Sequence record: PP400777
Source of the DNA: Escherichia phage JM10
DNA: 64,000 bases
Strand: one strand, 5' to 3'
Positions within the stretch are counted from its first letter, which is position 1; each line of letters starts with the position of its first letter. A model generated the notes under the pieces. The model worked only from the letters and a program-made list of their open reading frames with translations. It searched no databases and was not told the origin of the DNA. A program made the position numbers and the translations under genes. Shown piece by piece: positions 9,140 to 17,792 of this stretch.

Positions 9140-9748
9140 TCAGTAACTGACAATAGACAGATTCCAGATTGTATAACGTCCATCTTGAATAATAGAATCT
9201 ACACGCAGTGTAGTCCCTATAGGGAGCATAAATTCACATTCGTCGGATATAAGTCTAGCATTAGACCGTCTTGTAGCTTCAGGGAAAGCTCCATTGAACT
9301 CACAAGATGGCGCAGCCAGAATCATGTTAAGCATATGTTCACGGAAGTTGAAAGCAAATGGTGCATCTTTGATGCAGAACATATTAAATGTTCCGTAAAA
9401 ATTATACGAAGCAAAGTTACGTGCTACACCGAACACTGGACTGAAGCTCATTACTCTGTCAAATTTAATAATACTACCAATGCCTTTATCATCAAGTGTG
9501 GCCATAGTTTTCTTAGAGATTCCACGATACATTGTCTCAGGAACAGAAGACGTCCAATTTCTACGAACGATTGAACTTAACTCCTGTTGAATACAGTCTG
9601 GCTTGTTTTCCATACACTGCCACAGTACACTTTGTTCAATGTCGCTGAATTGACTATCAATTTCGTACTGCAATACATCTTGATATTCGGGGTTTTGAGC
9701 ACGACGAACCATTTCTTCAATTTCACACTCGTTATACGGCATAAACAT
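9140..9748 (-). CDS. modA: ADP-ribosyltransferase, ModA/ModB family
   Basis: 202 aa; ...TSSVPETMYRGISKK... paralogous to next gene; synteny. Confidence 0.65.
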   Translation of the reverse strand: MFMPYNECEIEEMVRRAQNPEYQDVLQYEIDSQFSDIEQSVLWQCMENKPDCIQQELSSIVRRNWTSSVPETMYRGISKKTMATLDDKGIGSIIKFDRVMSFSPVFGVARNFASYNFYGTFNMFCIKDAPFAFNFREHMLNMILAAPSCEFNGAFPEATRRSNARLISDECEFMLPIGTTLRVDSIIQDGRYTIWNLSIVSY

Positions 9749-9805
9749 TTAGGTTTCTCCTGTGGTTGATAAAGGTATAGTATCATCATCGGAAGAGTTT
9801 GTACA

Positions 9806-10387
9806 CTAAAAATTCAACATTTTCAAATGAATGATTTTGTATAATCGAGATAAAGGGTCATATTCTAAGTCTTCAATTTCCACAATCTCAAATCTAGAGA
9901 TACCTGAGACCATGTACTCTTGTTCAGATTCAATCATATCTAGGACGTCAACACGCGTTTCTTCCATAACATGCTTAGGGTTCTTTCCGGCGAGTACAAT
10001 GTTAATCATGTTTTGGTAGTAATCAAAAATGAATGGAGCATTCCTGAGACTAAGAATAGTGTACGTCTGATATTCCCATCTCCCAGAGAATTGACGAGCT
10101 GTACTGAAATCAGTTGTGAACGATGTTACTCGTCCAGGAGACCAATGGCATCCAACAGAAAGAAGGGAAAGACGTTCTACTTCTTCTGGAGTTACACCAC
10201 GGTAGAGTTCTACTGGTACTGTAGAAGTCATATGCTTACGAACAAGATGGTCTAATCCATAGTGGAAATCCGGGTCTTCCTTAGAATCGGTGCAAGCCCA
10301 GAGAATGTTTTGTTCTTGGCGGGTGAATTTGCTATCAATCAGATTTGTTAGGTATTCACGTTCTTGAAGTTCAGATTGACATGTCAT
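9806..10387 (-). CDS. modB: ADP-ribosyltransferase, ModA/ModB family
   Basis: 193 aa; ...TSTVPVELYRGVTPE... Confidence 0.65.
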   Translation of the reverse strand: MTCQSELQEREYLTNLIDSKFTRQEQNILWACTDSKEDPDFHYGLDHLVRKHMTSTVPVELYRGVTPEEVERLSLLSVGCHWSPGRVTSFTTDFSTARQFSGRWEYQTYTILSLRNAPFIFDYYQNMINIVLAGKNPKHVMEETRVDVLDMIESEQEYMVSGISRFEIVEIEDLEYDPLSRLYKIIHLKMLNF

Positions 10388-10414
10388 GATAGACCTCCAT
10401 TTAAAGATAAGCCT

Positions 10415-10443
10415 ATCATAACACGAGAGGAGGGAATGTAAAC
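10415..10443 (-). promoter_or_regulatory. early promoter (-35 GTTTAC, 17 nt, -10 TATGAT)
   Basis: Minus strand GTTTACATTCCCTCCTCTCGTGTTATGAT upstream of modB. Confidence 0.6.
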
Positions 10444-10603
10444 TACTTTTTAAGCTTTCCTACTAAAGGTCCATCAGGGCCAGGTTGTTCTAACATGAAT
10501 AAGGACGCTTTAAAAAGCAATGTCAACCCTTTCACCATTCGATACCATGTCTCAAAGTCTTTTTCCTTGATTTCTAGTAAGAATTTCTCTTTCAATTTCT
10601 CTT

Positions 10604-10792
10604 TCATTTCCATGGACTCCATGGTGGAGGGTCGTCATAATAAGATGCAAGGTCTTTCAGGGCTTCAACAGGTAAACTAAAGCCGTGACGTTGTATAATA
10701 CTATCTAGTTCATCAACAAGTTCACTACGATGCACTTTAGGAGCCTCAACTTCAGGCTCGCCAAACATACTCATAAGGTCCATATTATTCAC
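10604..10792 (-). CDS. hypothetical protein, 62 aa
   Basis: ORF track. Confidence 0.4.
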   Translation of the reverse strand: MNNMDLMSMFGEPEVEAPKVHRSELVDELDSIIQRHGFSLPVEALKDLASYYDDPPPWSPWK

Positions 10793-11249
10793 CTAAATAA
10801 AAACTAGGCTGCTCGGAGAATGTTTCTAGCGCTACACCTTTTGTCTTAAAAAATTTCCAAATAGCTCGTTGCAAATGGATTAAATCTGCTAATGATGTAA
10901 TAAAGTATTTTTTGGCAAAATACTTATGGTCTCGCTTTTCAAACAAGTCTAAACGCTTTTCAGGATTCACATAAACGGCATTTTCCGTAGATTCATAACC
11001 TAAGTCCTTTATGCCTTCTTCAAGACTAAACGGAGAATTTTTAGAACGAGTAATAGCTCCAACTCGCTCTACACGAATTTTGTAACCTTTAGGAATCTGC
11101 AATTTGCAGAATTCTTCTACGATATATTGCGGATTATTTAGACTTTTGTTAATGAGAATAGCTATTTCTAGTGGAGTCTTATCTTCTACTGGTATATGTT
11201 TAAATGACTTGGCTTCAAGCAAATACATTTTAAATAACATAGCATCCAT
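10785..11249 (-). CDS. hypothetical protein, 154 aa (mrh region)
   Basis: ORF track; synteny. Confidence 0.5.
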   Translation of the reverse strand: MDAMLFKMYLLEAKSFKHIPVEDKTPLEIAILINKSLNNPQYIVEEFCKLQIPKGYKIRVERVGAITRSKNSPFSLEEGIKDLGYESTENAVYVNPEKRLDLFEKRDHKYFAKKYFITSLADLIHLQRAIWKFFKTKGVALETFSEQPSFYLGE

Positions 11250-11424
11250 TATAATTTCCTCGATGGTTCACCCATATAAAGTTTTACAATACGTTCGCCT
11301 TCATCTTCGACGAGCTTCTCTTCATGTTTCTGGAGTTCTTTGACCATTTTCTCTTCAAAAACATCTAACCAATCTTCTGGTTCGACTCCATCATTCCAAC
11401 TTTTAAACCATTTTACTATTCTGT

Positions 11425-11625
11425 TCATTCACAGCTCCCTGAGCTTGAACCACAATCAGAATAACTTGACCCAGAATCACCAGGCCAAGACGATACGTAT
11501 GAATGATTATAACTTGAAGAGCTTGAAGCATTAACCTGTTTTGTTTTTGGACGAATAACTTCTTCCATCATGCCGTCACCAATGTATTCCCAACTTTTTT
11601 CGTGTGTATCAGGAATAGGCATCAT
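11425..11625 (-). CDS. hypothetical protein with Ser-rich C-terminal tail (start uncertain)
   Basis: ...SSSSSYNHSYVSSWPGDSGSSYSDCGSSSGSCE; track ORF 11425..11748 overlaps the upstream ORF. Confidence 0.35.
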   Translation of the reverse strand: MMPIPDTHEKSWEYIGDGMMEEVIRPKTKQVNASSSSSYNHSYVSSWPGDSGSSYSDCGSSSGSCE

Positions 11626-11638
11626 ACCTTCGCCTGGT

Positions 11639-11866
11639 TTAACAGCAAACAACTTCTTCAGCATCGTAAGCATTAATTGTTCCTCGAACAAAACGAACAC
11701 CACCGTCATCCCAACGGATTTCGGCATTAAATTTGACGTCTTCACCATCCATCATGAATGAGTGTACGACTACATCATCATAATATCCAAGACCGTATTT
11801 CAACGAAACTTCTTGAGCAATCAAAGCACCTAATGTGTTATTAGGTTTAATCCAACGATTTAACAT
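11639..11866 (-). CDS. hypothetical protein (start adjusted to MLNRWIKP)
   Basis: Track ORF 11639..11935; N-terminus translates the SD region. Confidence 0.4.
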   Translation of the reverse strand: MLNRWIKPNNTLGALIAQEVSLKYGLGYYDDVVVHSFMMDGEDVKFNAEIRWDDGGVRFVRGTINAYDAEEVVCC

Positions 11867-11933
11867 ATTGTTCTCCTCTTGAGTAAGTAAAAATATCTTA
11901 ACACAGTTTTTAGTTGTTGTAAACTGTAGAAAC

Positions 11934-11962
11934 AAAAAAAAAAAGGAATCCTTCGGGATTCC
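11934..11962 (-). terminator. Rho-independent terminator downstream of soc
   Basis: Minus strand GGAAUCC-CGAA-GGAUUCC followed by 11 U. Confidence 0.8.
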
Positions 11963-11971
11963 TTAAATTAT

Positions 11972-12208
11972 TTAACCACTTACTGGTGTAGGGGTAAACA
12001 TTGCAGCGTTCTTAGTTTTCCAGTCAGCTGCATCAGAAACTACAGTAGAATATGCAGCCTTTTCAGAAGGAAAGGTCTGATAATGAGAATCTGCAATCCG
12101 ATGTTCGTTTGAATAAATTTCAAACGGTACAGAAACTTCCATACCTTTAACTTCTTTGCCTTCACCAGCCGGATGTGTAAAGGTTTTGATATTAACGTAA
12201 CCACCCAT
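11972..12208 (-). CDS. soc: small outer capsid protein Soc
   Basis: 78 aa; GYVNIKTF...HYQTFPSEKAAYSTV matches T4 Soc from memory. Confidence 0.85.
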   Translation of the reverse strand: MGGYVNIKTFTHPAGEGKEVKGMEVSVPFEIYSNEHRIADSHYQTFPSEKAAYSTVVSDAADWKTKNAAMFTPTPVSG

Positions 12209-12239
12209 AATTAACTCCTTTGTTGTTTAATTACAGGTG

Positions 12240-12247
12240 TATTTATA
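12240..12247 (-). promoter_or_regulatory. late promoter TATAAATA upstream of soc
   Basis: Plus tatttata; 32 nt upstream of soc ATG; SD AAGGAG. Confidence 0.7.
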
Positions 12248-12253
12248 ACTTAA

Positions 12254-12775
12254 TCAGTAACCATTATCCTGGCGTTCAAAGTTGTGTTGGTTTTTCAAGT
12301 AGTAAAGTTTAAAGATTTCTTCAGCGGAAAGACCCAGACCTTGGAACATATTCAGAACAAAGTGGAGGATATCAATCATTTCGAATTTAATTTCAAGCTG
12401 GTCTTCAGGAGACAGTTCATCGATACGACGATTTCGATATTCAGCATGTTGTGCTTTCCATGGCTTCCATACACTGCTGGCGGCTTTTTCACCATTGCTC
12501 ATACCACCAAGTGAAGTCAGCAGTTCACGGAATTCATCATCAATATAATCTTTCTGATTACGCAGCCAATCAACAACATCGCCAGCAGTGGCCAATTCAT
12601 CAGGATGTTTGTTATGTTCAGGCTTGTCATTTGCCAGACGAACCTGTAAAGATTTCTGCATATCAAGCATTACCTGCAGTGGGTCTTTATCTTCGTGAAT
12701 CAGAGCATTAAAATAAGCTTCTTCTGCTTTATCAACACCAGAAATAAGTTGGGAACATTCGTTAAAGTGTGCCAT
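12254..12775 (-). CDS. 56: dCTPase/dUTPase gp56 (MazG-like), start at MAHFNECS
   Basis: Synteny soc-56-61; size ~173 aa. Confidence 0.7.
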   Translation of the reverse strand: MAHFNECSQLISGVDKAEEAYFNALIHEDKDPLQVMLDMQKSLQVRLANDKPEHNKHPDELATAGDVVDWLRNQKDYIDDEFRELLTSLGGMSNGEKAASSVWKPWKAQHAEYRNRRIDELSPEDQLEIKFEMIDILHFVLNMFQGLGLSAEEIFKLYYLKNQHNFERQDNGY

Positions 12776-12864
12776 TATTTTTCCTTTCAATTCAGTATAA
12801 GAGAGTTAATTCTAACATTAATTTTATAAAGCGTAATAAATAATAAGGTAACTAAGGAGATATT

Positions 12865-13062
12865 ATGTTTAAACTTCCATCGTTAATCAACGCTATTAAA
12901 GGCAATAAAAAGAAAACTGCTATCGCTGCAATAGTTGTAGGTGGCATTATTTCATGGAACTTCGGGATTGCACCATTGTTAGTTGCCCATGGTGTTATGG
13001 TTCCTTCTGTTCCATTGGATACTGTAGTTGACCTAGCTTTTGCTGTTATAGGGCTGGTCTAA
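12865..13062 (+). CDS. small hydrophobic membrane protein, 65 aa, plus strand
   Basis: SD ctaaggag 7 nt before ATG; fills the only gap between 56 and 61; TM-like AIAAIVVGGIISWNFGIAPLLVAHGVMV. Confidence 0.55.
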   Translation: MFKLPSLINAIKGNKKKTAIAAIVVGGIISWNFGIAPLLVAHGVMVPSVPLDTVVDLAFAVIGLV

Positions 13063-14081
13063 ATTTTAGAATACTGAGATAATCTCATTTTAGCATGCAA
13101 CCCACTTGAAATATTCTGTTTCATATATTCTAAAATTTCTTGTGGTGTTGCATTTTCTTTCATTACCATATCATTCACATCCTTTGATCTCCATGGAGCT
13201 CGATCCCAGAACATGACACGTTCGCCCGCATCAACTAATCGCTTCATGCGAGCTATAGTATCTGGATGCCTAGGTTCATTATCCATTACCCATACCCGAC
13301 GTTCTTTAAATGGTACCACATCTAAATCTATTGAGCCGCCTGTAATAGCGATTGCATTGGGTATGAATAAACTATCAATAGGGCCTTCCATTACCCAGAC
13401 GTCCCCTTCCTTAACACGTTCAACACCATAAATTTTTGTTGCAGACTCAAACGCTTTAATAGTGATATATTTCTGAGGAGCATCTTTACGAAGTGCACGT
13501 CCTTGGAATGACTCGGCCTTCCCATCTTTATTAAAAATAGGAATCACTAAACGTGGTTCAGGAATCTCTTTCTTATATGTGCCAGGTTGAATCTTGTTGA
13601 CCAATTTAGGCCATTCTAATGTGAACCATAATCTGTTCCATGATTCTTTAGGAATACACCGAGACTTAACATATTTCACAATAGGATGCTCTTCAGGCAA
13701 CTTGTCTAGACGAGAACAAGACGGCAAAGAATTTATAGTCTTTTTCTCCGGTTCTGGTTTATGTTCAGGAACCTTTTCAATTTTTGGTTCCATTCTAGCT
13801 TTTTCTTTACGAACTTCCATTAGATATTCGCGATAAAGCTCTTCATCATACTCCTTTAAGTATCCGGAAATTGTATTGTGGTATTGACAGTTATAGCAAT
13901 GTACATTACCAGGAGTACCGCCATAATACCATCCGCGAGCTTTCATTGCATCTGTCTGGGAGTCGCCACAAACTGGACATCGAAATGTTAATTTAAATGT
14001 GCTTGAATTATTGATTTGTCTAAAACGAGGTAGGTGAGAAAACGCACGATAAGCAAATTCATTATCTATCCATTCAGCCAT
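13059..14081 (-). CDS. 61: DNA primase gp61
   Basis: 340 aa; zinc ribbon CPVCGD...CYNC; TOPRIM-like C-terminus. Confidence 0.9.
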   Translation of the reverse strand: MAEWIDNEFAYRAFSHLPRFRQINNSSTFKLTFRCPVCGDSQTDAMKARGWYYGGTPGNVHCYNCQYHNTISGYLKEYDEELYREYLMEVRKEKARMEPKIEKVPEHKPEPEKKTINSLPSCSRLDKLPEEHPIVKYVKSRCIPKESWNRLWFTLEWPKLVNKIQPGTYKKEIPEPRLVIPIFNKDGKAESFQGRALRKDAPQKYITIKAFESATKIYGVERVKEGDVWVMEGPIDSLFIPNAIAITGGSIDLDVVPFKERRVWVMDNEPRHPDTIARMKRLVDAGERVMFWDRAPWRSKDVNDMVMKENATPQEILEYMKQNISSGLHAKMRLSQYSKI

Positions 14082-14120
14082 AGTATTCTCCAGAGGCCTT
14101 AAATTAATAAGGCCATCTTA

Positions 14121-14615
14121 TCACAACTTATTAATATTTACTTTAATTCGCTTTCTTTTCTTGGAATGAATTTGTTCGGGGCCTTTATTTACGACTGCAC
14201 CTGTAGTTGTTCCTGATGCAATAGCTTGAGGGCTGCCACCTGAATCGCCAGCAACCATATCCTCAAATAAAGGGAGCTCTTTAAATATTTCTTTCTGTTG
14301 TTCTTCCGTAATGTTATAGCGTGAAGCTACAGCACTCCAGGCAGACATCATTGAGGCCATTCCATTAAGACCTGGAACAGTGCTCATCATTCGCTTCATT
14401 GAACGAACTGAAGCATGAAAAGGTGTATACGCCGCTTTCTCTTCGGGAGTGGAAGGGCGTTTAAGAACACTTCCACGTTCATCGATGATTTTGGCTTCAT
14501 ATGCTTTCCATTCGGTAAAAGGTTTTTGCATTAGTCGAATAAACTTATATGCGTAAACAGAATCTATTGCAGTGTTAATAATACCCATAGGTACCTCCTG
14601 AGTATATTTAATCAA
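14121..14615 (-). CDS. hypothetical protein, 164 aa (61.1 position)
   Basis: ORF track. Confidence 0.55.
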   Translation of the reverse strand: MIKYTQEVPMGIINTAIDSVYAYKFIRLMQKPFTEWKAYEAKIIDERGSVLKRPSTPEEKAAYTPFHASVRSMKRMMSTVPGLNGMASMMSAWSAVASRYNITEEQQKEIFKELPLFEDMVAGDSGGSPQAIASGTTTGAVVNKGPEQIHSKKRKRIKVNINKL

Positions 14616-14805
14616 TTACAAAGATTGCTTTGTCGCCATTTATATCTGTGACTTCATATGTAGTGCCTTCATACTGTGGAATATTCCAAATTACACCATC
14701 ATTAGCTTTTACGCTAATATGGTATTGGTGTTTTGAAACAACTTCATAATCTTCAAAACTTGTAAAAACACTAATTTTAGAACCAGTGCAAATTGCAGTA
14801 GTCAT
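14608..14805 (-). CDS. hypothetical protein, 65 aa
   Basis: ORF track. Confidence 0.45.
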   Translation of the reverse strand: MTTAICTGSKISVFTSFEDYEVVSKHQYHISVKANDGVIWNIPQYEGTTYEVTDINGDKAIFVID

Positions 14806-14806
14806 T

Positions 14807-15466
14807 TTAACCTCGATTCATAAATGCATTAAATATTTGGTCATCAACAGAAATTTCTAATTCGACTTCAATTGCTTCAGCCTTTTCTTCAAGTGGTAAT
14901 TCGTATCCACACACTACAATTTTTTCATCGATATCAAAATATACAGAAGCAATACGATTAATGTTATTTTCAGTTAAGTCTAAATCAACATCAACATCTT
15001 TTTGACCTACACTTAAAGGATAACTAATACGGGTTATTTTATTATCTTTAACAAAGAGACCACCAACATACTCTGTACTACGTTTGAAGTTTACACGTTT
15101 CCGAAATGAAAGATATGAGGCATCTTTACCATGAGCCCTGCTCATAGGACATAATGAATAGCTAGAATAAGAGATGTCAAATCCTACACCTTCAATATGA
15201 GCCAACGCGCCATGATTAAACCAATTATAATCATATGCCAAATCCATTATATTGTAATATGTGAAAGGCACAGGATTAACATCATATGTTGTACCTTTAA
15301 AATCTGCCCAGGCAACGATTTCGTTATCTTTAACAATTACAAAAATTACACCAATATGGTATCCGTTATTATTTTCATTCGGCGTTATATTATAACATTG
15401 CGCATTAGGAAATTTACCATATTTAAATGGCGCATTTTTGTGCATATAATAAATCATATTATTCAC
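14807..15466 (-). CDS. hypothetical protein, 219 aa (61.2 position)
   Basis: ORF track. Confidence 0.55.
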   Translation of the reverse strand: MNNMIYYMHKNAPFKYGKFPNAQCYNITPNENNNGYHIGVIFVIVKDNEIVAWADFKGTTYDVNPVPFTYYNIMDLAYDYNWFNHGALAHIEGVGFDISYSSYSLCPMSRAHGKDASYLSFRKRVNFKRSTEYVGGLFVKDNKITRISYPLSVGQKDVDVDLDLTENNINRIASVYFDIDEKIVVCGYELPLEEKAEAIEVELEISVDDQIFNAFMNRG

Positions 15467-15752
15467 CTGTGATTTCGGTTACGATATCTTTGTTATCGAA
15501 ATTAGGGTCACAATACAAAACATAGTTGTACTGCATGATACCGCCAGACTTAAGTTGTTCAACAACTTTATTAACCATATTAGGACGGTCTCGTTTAGTG
15601 ATGTTCATGATATCAGAGAAGATTTGTTGTTCAACATCTTCTTGATTTGCAGTCATTGACCACTCACAGAGGTCTTTATCATAACCTGCCGTAACTGGAG
15701 CCGGTGCACATGATACTGCAAGTAAGATTGCTGCCAATGATAACTTTTTCAT
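15459..15752 (-). CDS. sp: periplasmic protein with signal peptide, 97 aa (spackle-like by size and position)
   Basis: MKKLSLAAILLAVSCAPAPVTA signal peptide. Confidence 0.55.
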   Translation of the reverse strand: MKKLSLAAILLAVSCAPAPVTAGYDKDLCEWSMTANQEDVEQQIFSDIMNITKRDRPNMVNKVVEQLKSGGIMQYNYVLYCDPNFDNKDIVTEITGE

Positions 15753-15815
15753 TTTAACTCCTTAGTTGATTTGATAGGACTACTATACTATAGTCCATCT
15801 ATAATGTAAACAAGT

Positions 15816-16064
15816 TTATTCTTTTTCGCGAATAATAATTACTTGTTGAGGCTGCTGAGCAGATTTCTTTTCGGCAACGATAGACCAAATTAAAGTTCCA
15901 ATCCAACCAATCATCGTCCAGTTAAAGAGTAAAGATACAAAGAAGATTGCTGTTGTGCTTTTTGTGCCACGAATAAGTGCGATTACCCAAGGCAACATGT
16001 AAATGATGATTGAACCAATACCTGCGATTAAAACTGCTACTGAACTAGCTACGAATAATTCCAT
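15816..16064 (-). CDS. small membrane protein, superinfection-immunity (Imm)-like
   Basis: 82 aa, two TM; WVIALIRGTKSTTAIFFVSLLFNWTMIGWIGTLIWS. Confidence 0.5.
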   Translation of the reverse strand: MELFVASSVAVLIAGIGSIIIYMLPWVIALIRGTKSTTAIFFVSLLFNWTMIGWIGTLIWSIVAEKKSAQQPQQVIIIREKE

Positions 16065-16125
16065 GTTAATTTCCTCTTGATTTGTTATGTTTATAGTATC
16101 TTATTTTAACTTTGGTGTAAACCAA

Positions 16126-16494
16126 TTAATTAAATTTGTTTAAACGTTCAATACACTGGACGTAGTTATTCGCGATTTGTTTCTGGGTAGGCTCTTTACC
16201 AGTTGTTTCAACATAGCGAATGAATGCGATTTCAGTAGCCTGTAAGCAATGTTCTTTAACGCGTTGTTCTTTTGACAATGCTACAGTATCAGAGTCACGA
16301 TAACGTTGAGCATGGGCATCAGCTTGAATCATTCGATTACCTACAGTAACCGGGTCTTCCACTTCAACTTTAGGTTGTTCATATTGTTTAACATTCGGAT
16401 TGTAAATCAGTTGGCCAACGTTATTAGGAATAAAGCCATGGGCACCACATCCGGTTAATCCGAACACCATTGCTAAAGCGATTAATTTTTTCAT
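16126..16494 (-). CDS. lipoprotein, 122 aa
   Basis: MKKLIALAMVFGLTGC lipobox. Confidence 0.6.
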   Translation of the reverse strand: MKKLIALAMVFGLTGCGAHGFIPNNVGQLIYNPNVKQYEQPKVEVEDPVTVGNRMIQADAHAQRYRDSDTVALSKEQRVKEHCLQATEIAFIRYVETTGKEPTQKQIANNYVQCIERLNKFN

Positions 16495-16554
16495 TTCAAT
16501 TTCCTCTGTAGTTGATAGAAAGATAGTAACACAGTATGTGGTGCTTGTAAACAG

Positions 16555-16806
16555 CTATTTTAAACTTTTGCGAAATTTGCGTTTTTCTTGACGAATCTGT
16601 CGTTTAGTAGGACGTACAGCAAATTTAACGAAGTCTACTTTGCCGTGTGGAAACTTTTCAGATGCTTCACAGTCCATCATTAGTTCCCATCCTTCCAGAA
16701 TAAGAGCTTTCCATTGTGTAGTTGATGCAAATTCATATGTTGATGGTTTAAACACAGTTGAATACATATTATCCTCTGAAATCAGCTTCAAAAACTTTCT
16801 CGTCAT
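16555..16806 (-). CDS. small basic protein with C-terminal VRPTKRQ-R motif
   Basis: ...FAVRPTKRQIRQEKRKFRKSLK; paralog at 44823..45020. Confidence 0.5.
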   Translation of the reverse strand: MTRKFLKLISEDNMYSTVFKPSTYEFASTTQWKALILEGWELMMDCEASEKFPHGKVDFVKFAVRPTKRQIRQEKRKFRKSLK

Positions 16807-16960
16807 TAATAAATGCTTTAACTAATGTTTTGTTCACTTCAGCAAGTTGTACCGTAACCCACTCGATTTCTTCGCGATCACCTGATAACATCATATCTTT
16901 AGTGAACATCTCACCGCTTTTAAACCAACCGATAAAAGTAACTTTAGTTAATTTGCTCAT
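16769..16960 (-). CDS. dmd: small protein, 63 aa, Dmd-like (antitoxin gene 61.5 of T4) by size and N-terminal sequence
   Basis: MSKLTKVTFIGWFKSGEMFTKDMM...; from memory only. Confidence 0.45.
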   Translation of the reverse strand: MSKLTKVTFIGWFKSGEMFTKDMMLSGDREEIEWVTVQLAEVNKTLVKAFINDEKVFEADFRG

Positions 16961-17274
16961 ATTTCCTCACAGAATGCCCATTCAGCATGATAAACTGTAG
17001 CACCTTTAGTATCATTCATTTGAACTACATCTACCGGAGAAATTACTCGATAGAGACGTGGTTCACCTCCATAAGAGCGTGCTGCTCGTCCTGCATAAAT
17101 CTTTGCTAAACCGATATCTTCAGTAAAGAATACACGATCCAAGTTTTTCTTACGTCCAGTTTCAGACAGAACTCCTGTTTCTTCAGGAGGACAAAGCATG
17201 TTTTCGATGTTAGCTGAACTACTTGAGCCGTGATAAAAAATCTTAAATTCTGCTTTACAATCGATGGTTTTCAT
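16957..17274 (-). CDS. hypothetical protein, 105 aa
   Basis: ORF track; early promoter and SD upstream. Confidence 0.55.
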   Translation of the reverse strand: MKTIDCKAEFKIFYHGSSSSANIENMLCPPEETGVLSETGRKKNLDRVFFTEDIGLAKIYAGRAARSYGGEPRLYRVISPVDVVQMNDTKGATVYHAEWAFCEEI

Positions 17275-17300
17275 TTTGTTCTCCAGTAGTTGATAGGTCT

Positions 17301-17329
17301 ATAATAACACAACTACTGGAGAAGTAAAC
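17301..17329 (-). promoter_or_regulatory. early promoter (-35 GTTTAC, 17 nt, TGnTATTAT) with spacer/SD inverted repeat
   Basis: Minus strand GTTTACTTCTCCAGTAGTTGTGTTATTAT; CTCCAGTAGTTG (17281-17292) complementary to CAACTACTGGAG (17311-17322). Confidence 0.65.
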
Positions 17330-17704
17330 TTAAAAACGTAATTTAGATATATCTGCGTTGATTTCGTTTTGGTTTGCGTCGTATGCAATTAAACGAACCG
17401 CTTTAGATGGGTCATTCAATGCATAGAAATGATGGAACATTGCTCGAACGATATCACCATTTACGAGTTCTACCTGGATAGGAGAACCTTTTTCGAGTTG
17501 GAAATGTTCATAAGCTTTGATGGTTCGTAGATAATCAAGTTTTTGATTTCCGGCTCCAACAATTTGTACGATACGTTTGCCAATGTTTTCCATACGAGAT
17601 ACAATAGTTTTAGGAGCAAGAATAACGTAGGTTGCCAGCGGAGAAACTACTTCAACAGTTGTGTTTTCGGTGATTGCAGTAAAAATTGCTTGAGACATAT
17701 TCAT
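17330..17704 (-). CDS. hypothetical protein, 124 aa
   Basis: ORF track. Confidence 0.55.
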   Translation of the reverse strand: MNMSQAIFTAITENTTVEVVSPLATYVILAPKTIVSRMENIGKRIVQIVGAGNQKLDYLRTIKAYEHFQLEKGSPIQVELVNGDIVRAMFHHFYALNDPSKAVRLIAYDANQNEINADISKLRF

Positions 17705-17733
17705 AATGTTTTCCTCTTGGTTGGTGTAAGTAC

Positions 17734-17763
17734 ATCATATCATGCCTAGAGGAAGATGTAAAC
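17734..17763 (-). promoter_or_regulatory. early promoter (-35 GTTTAC, 18 nt, -10 TATGAT)
   Basis: Minus strand GTTTACATCTTCCTCTAGGCATGATATGAT. Confidence 0.5.
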
Positions 17764-17767
17764 CCCG

Positions 17768-17792
17768 AAAGGAGACCGAAGTCTCCTTTTTA
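17768..17792. terminator. GC-rich hairpin after gene 41; U-tract is on the plus-strand side (orientation ambiguous)
   Basis: Plus aaaggagac-cgaa-gtctccttt then tttatt; on minus strand the loop is UUCG but 3' flank is UUUCGGGG. Confidence 0.4.

Noticed and set aside
11934-11944. Run of 11 A on the plus strand as a slippery or hypervariable tract
   Set aside because: It is the U-tract of the soc terminator on the coding strand.
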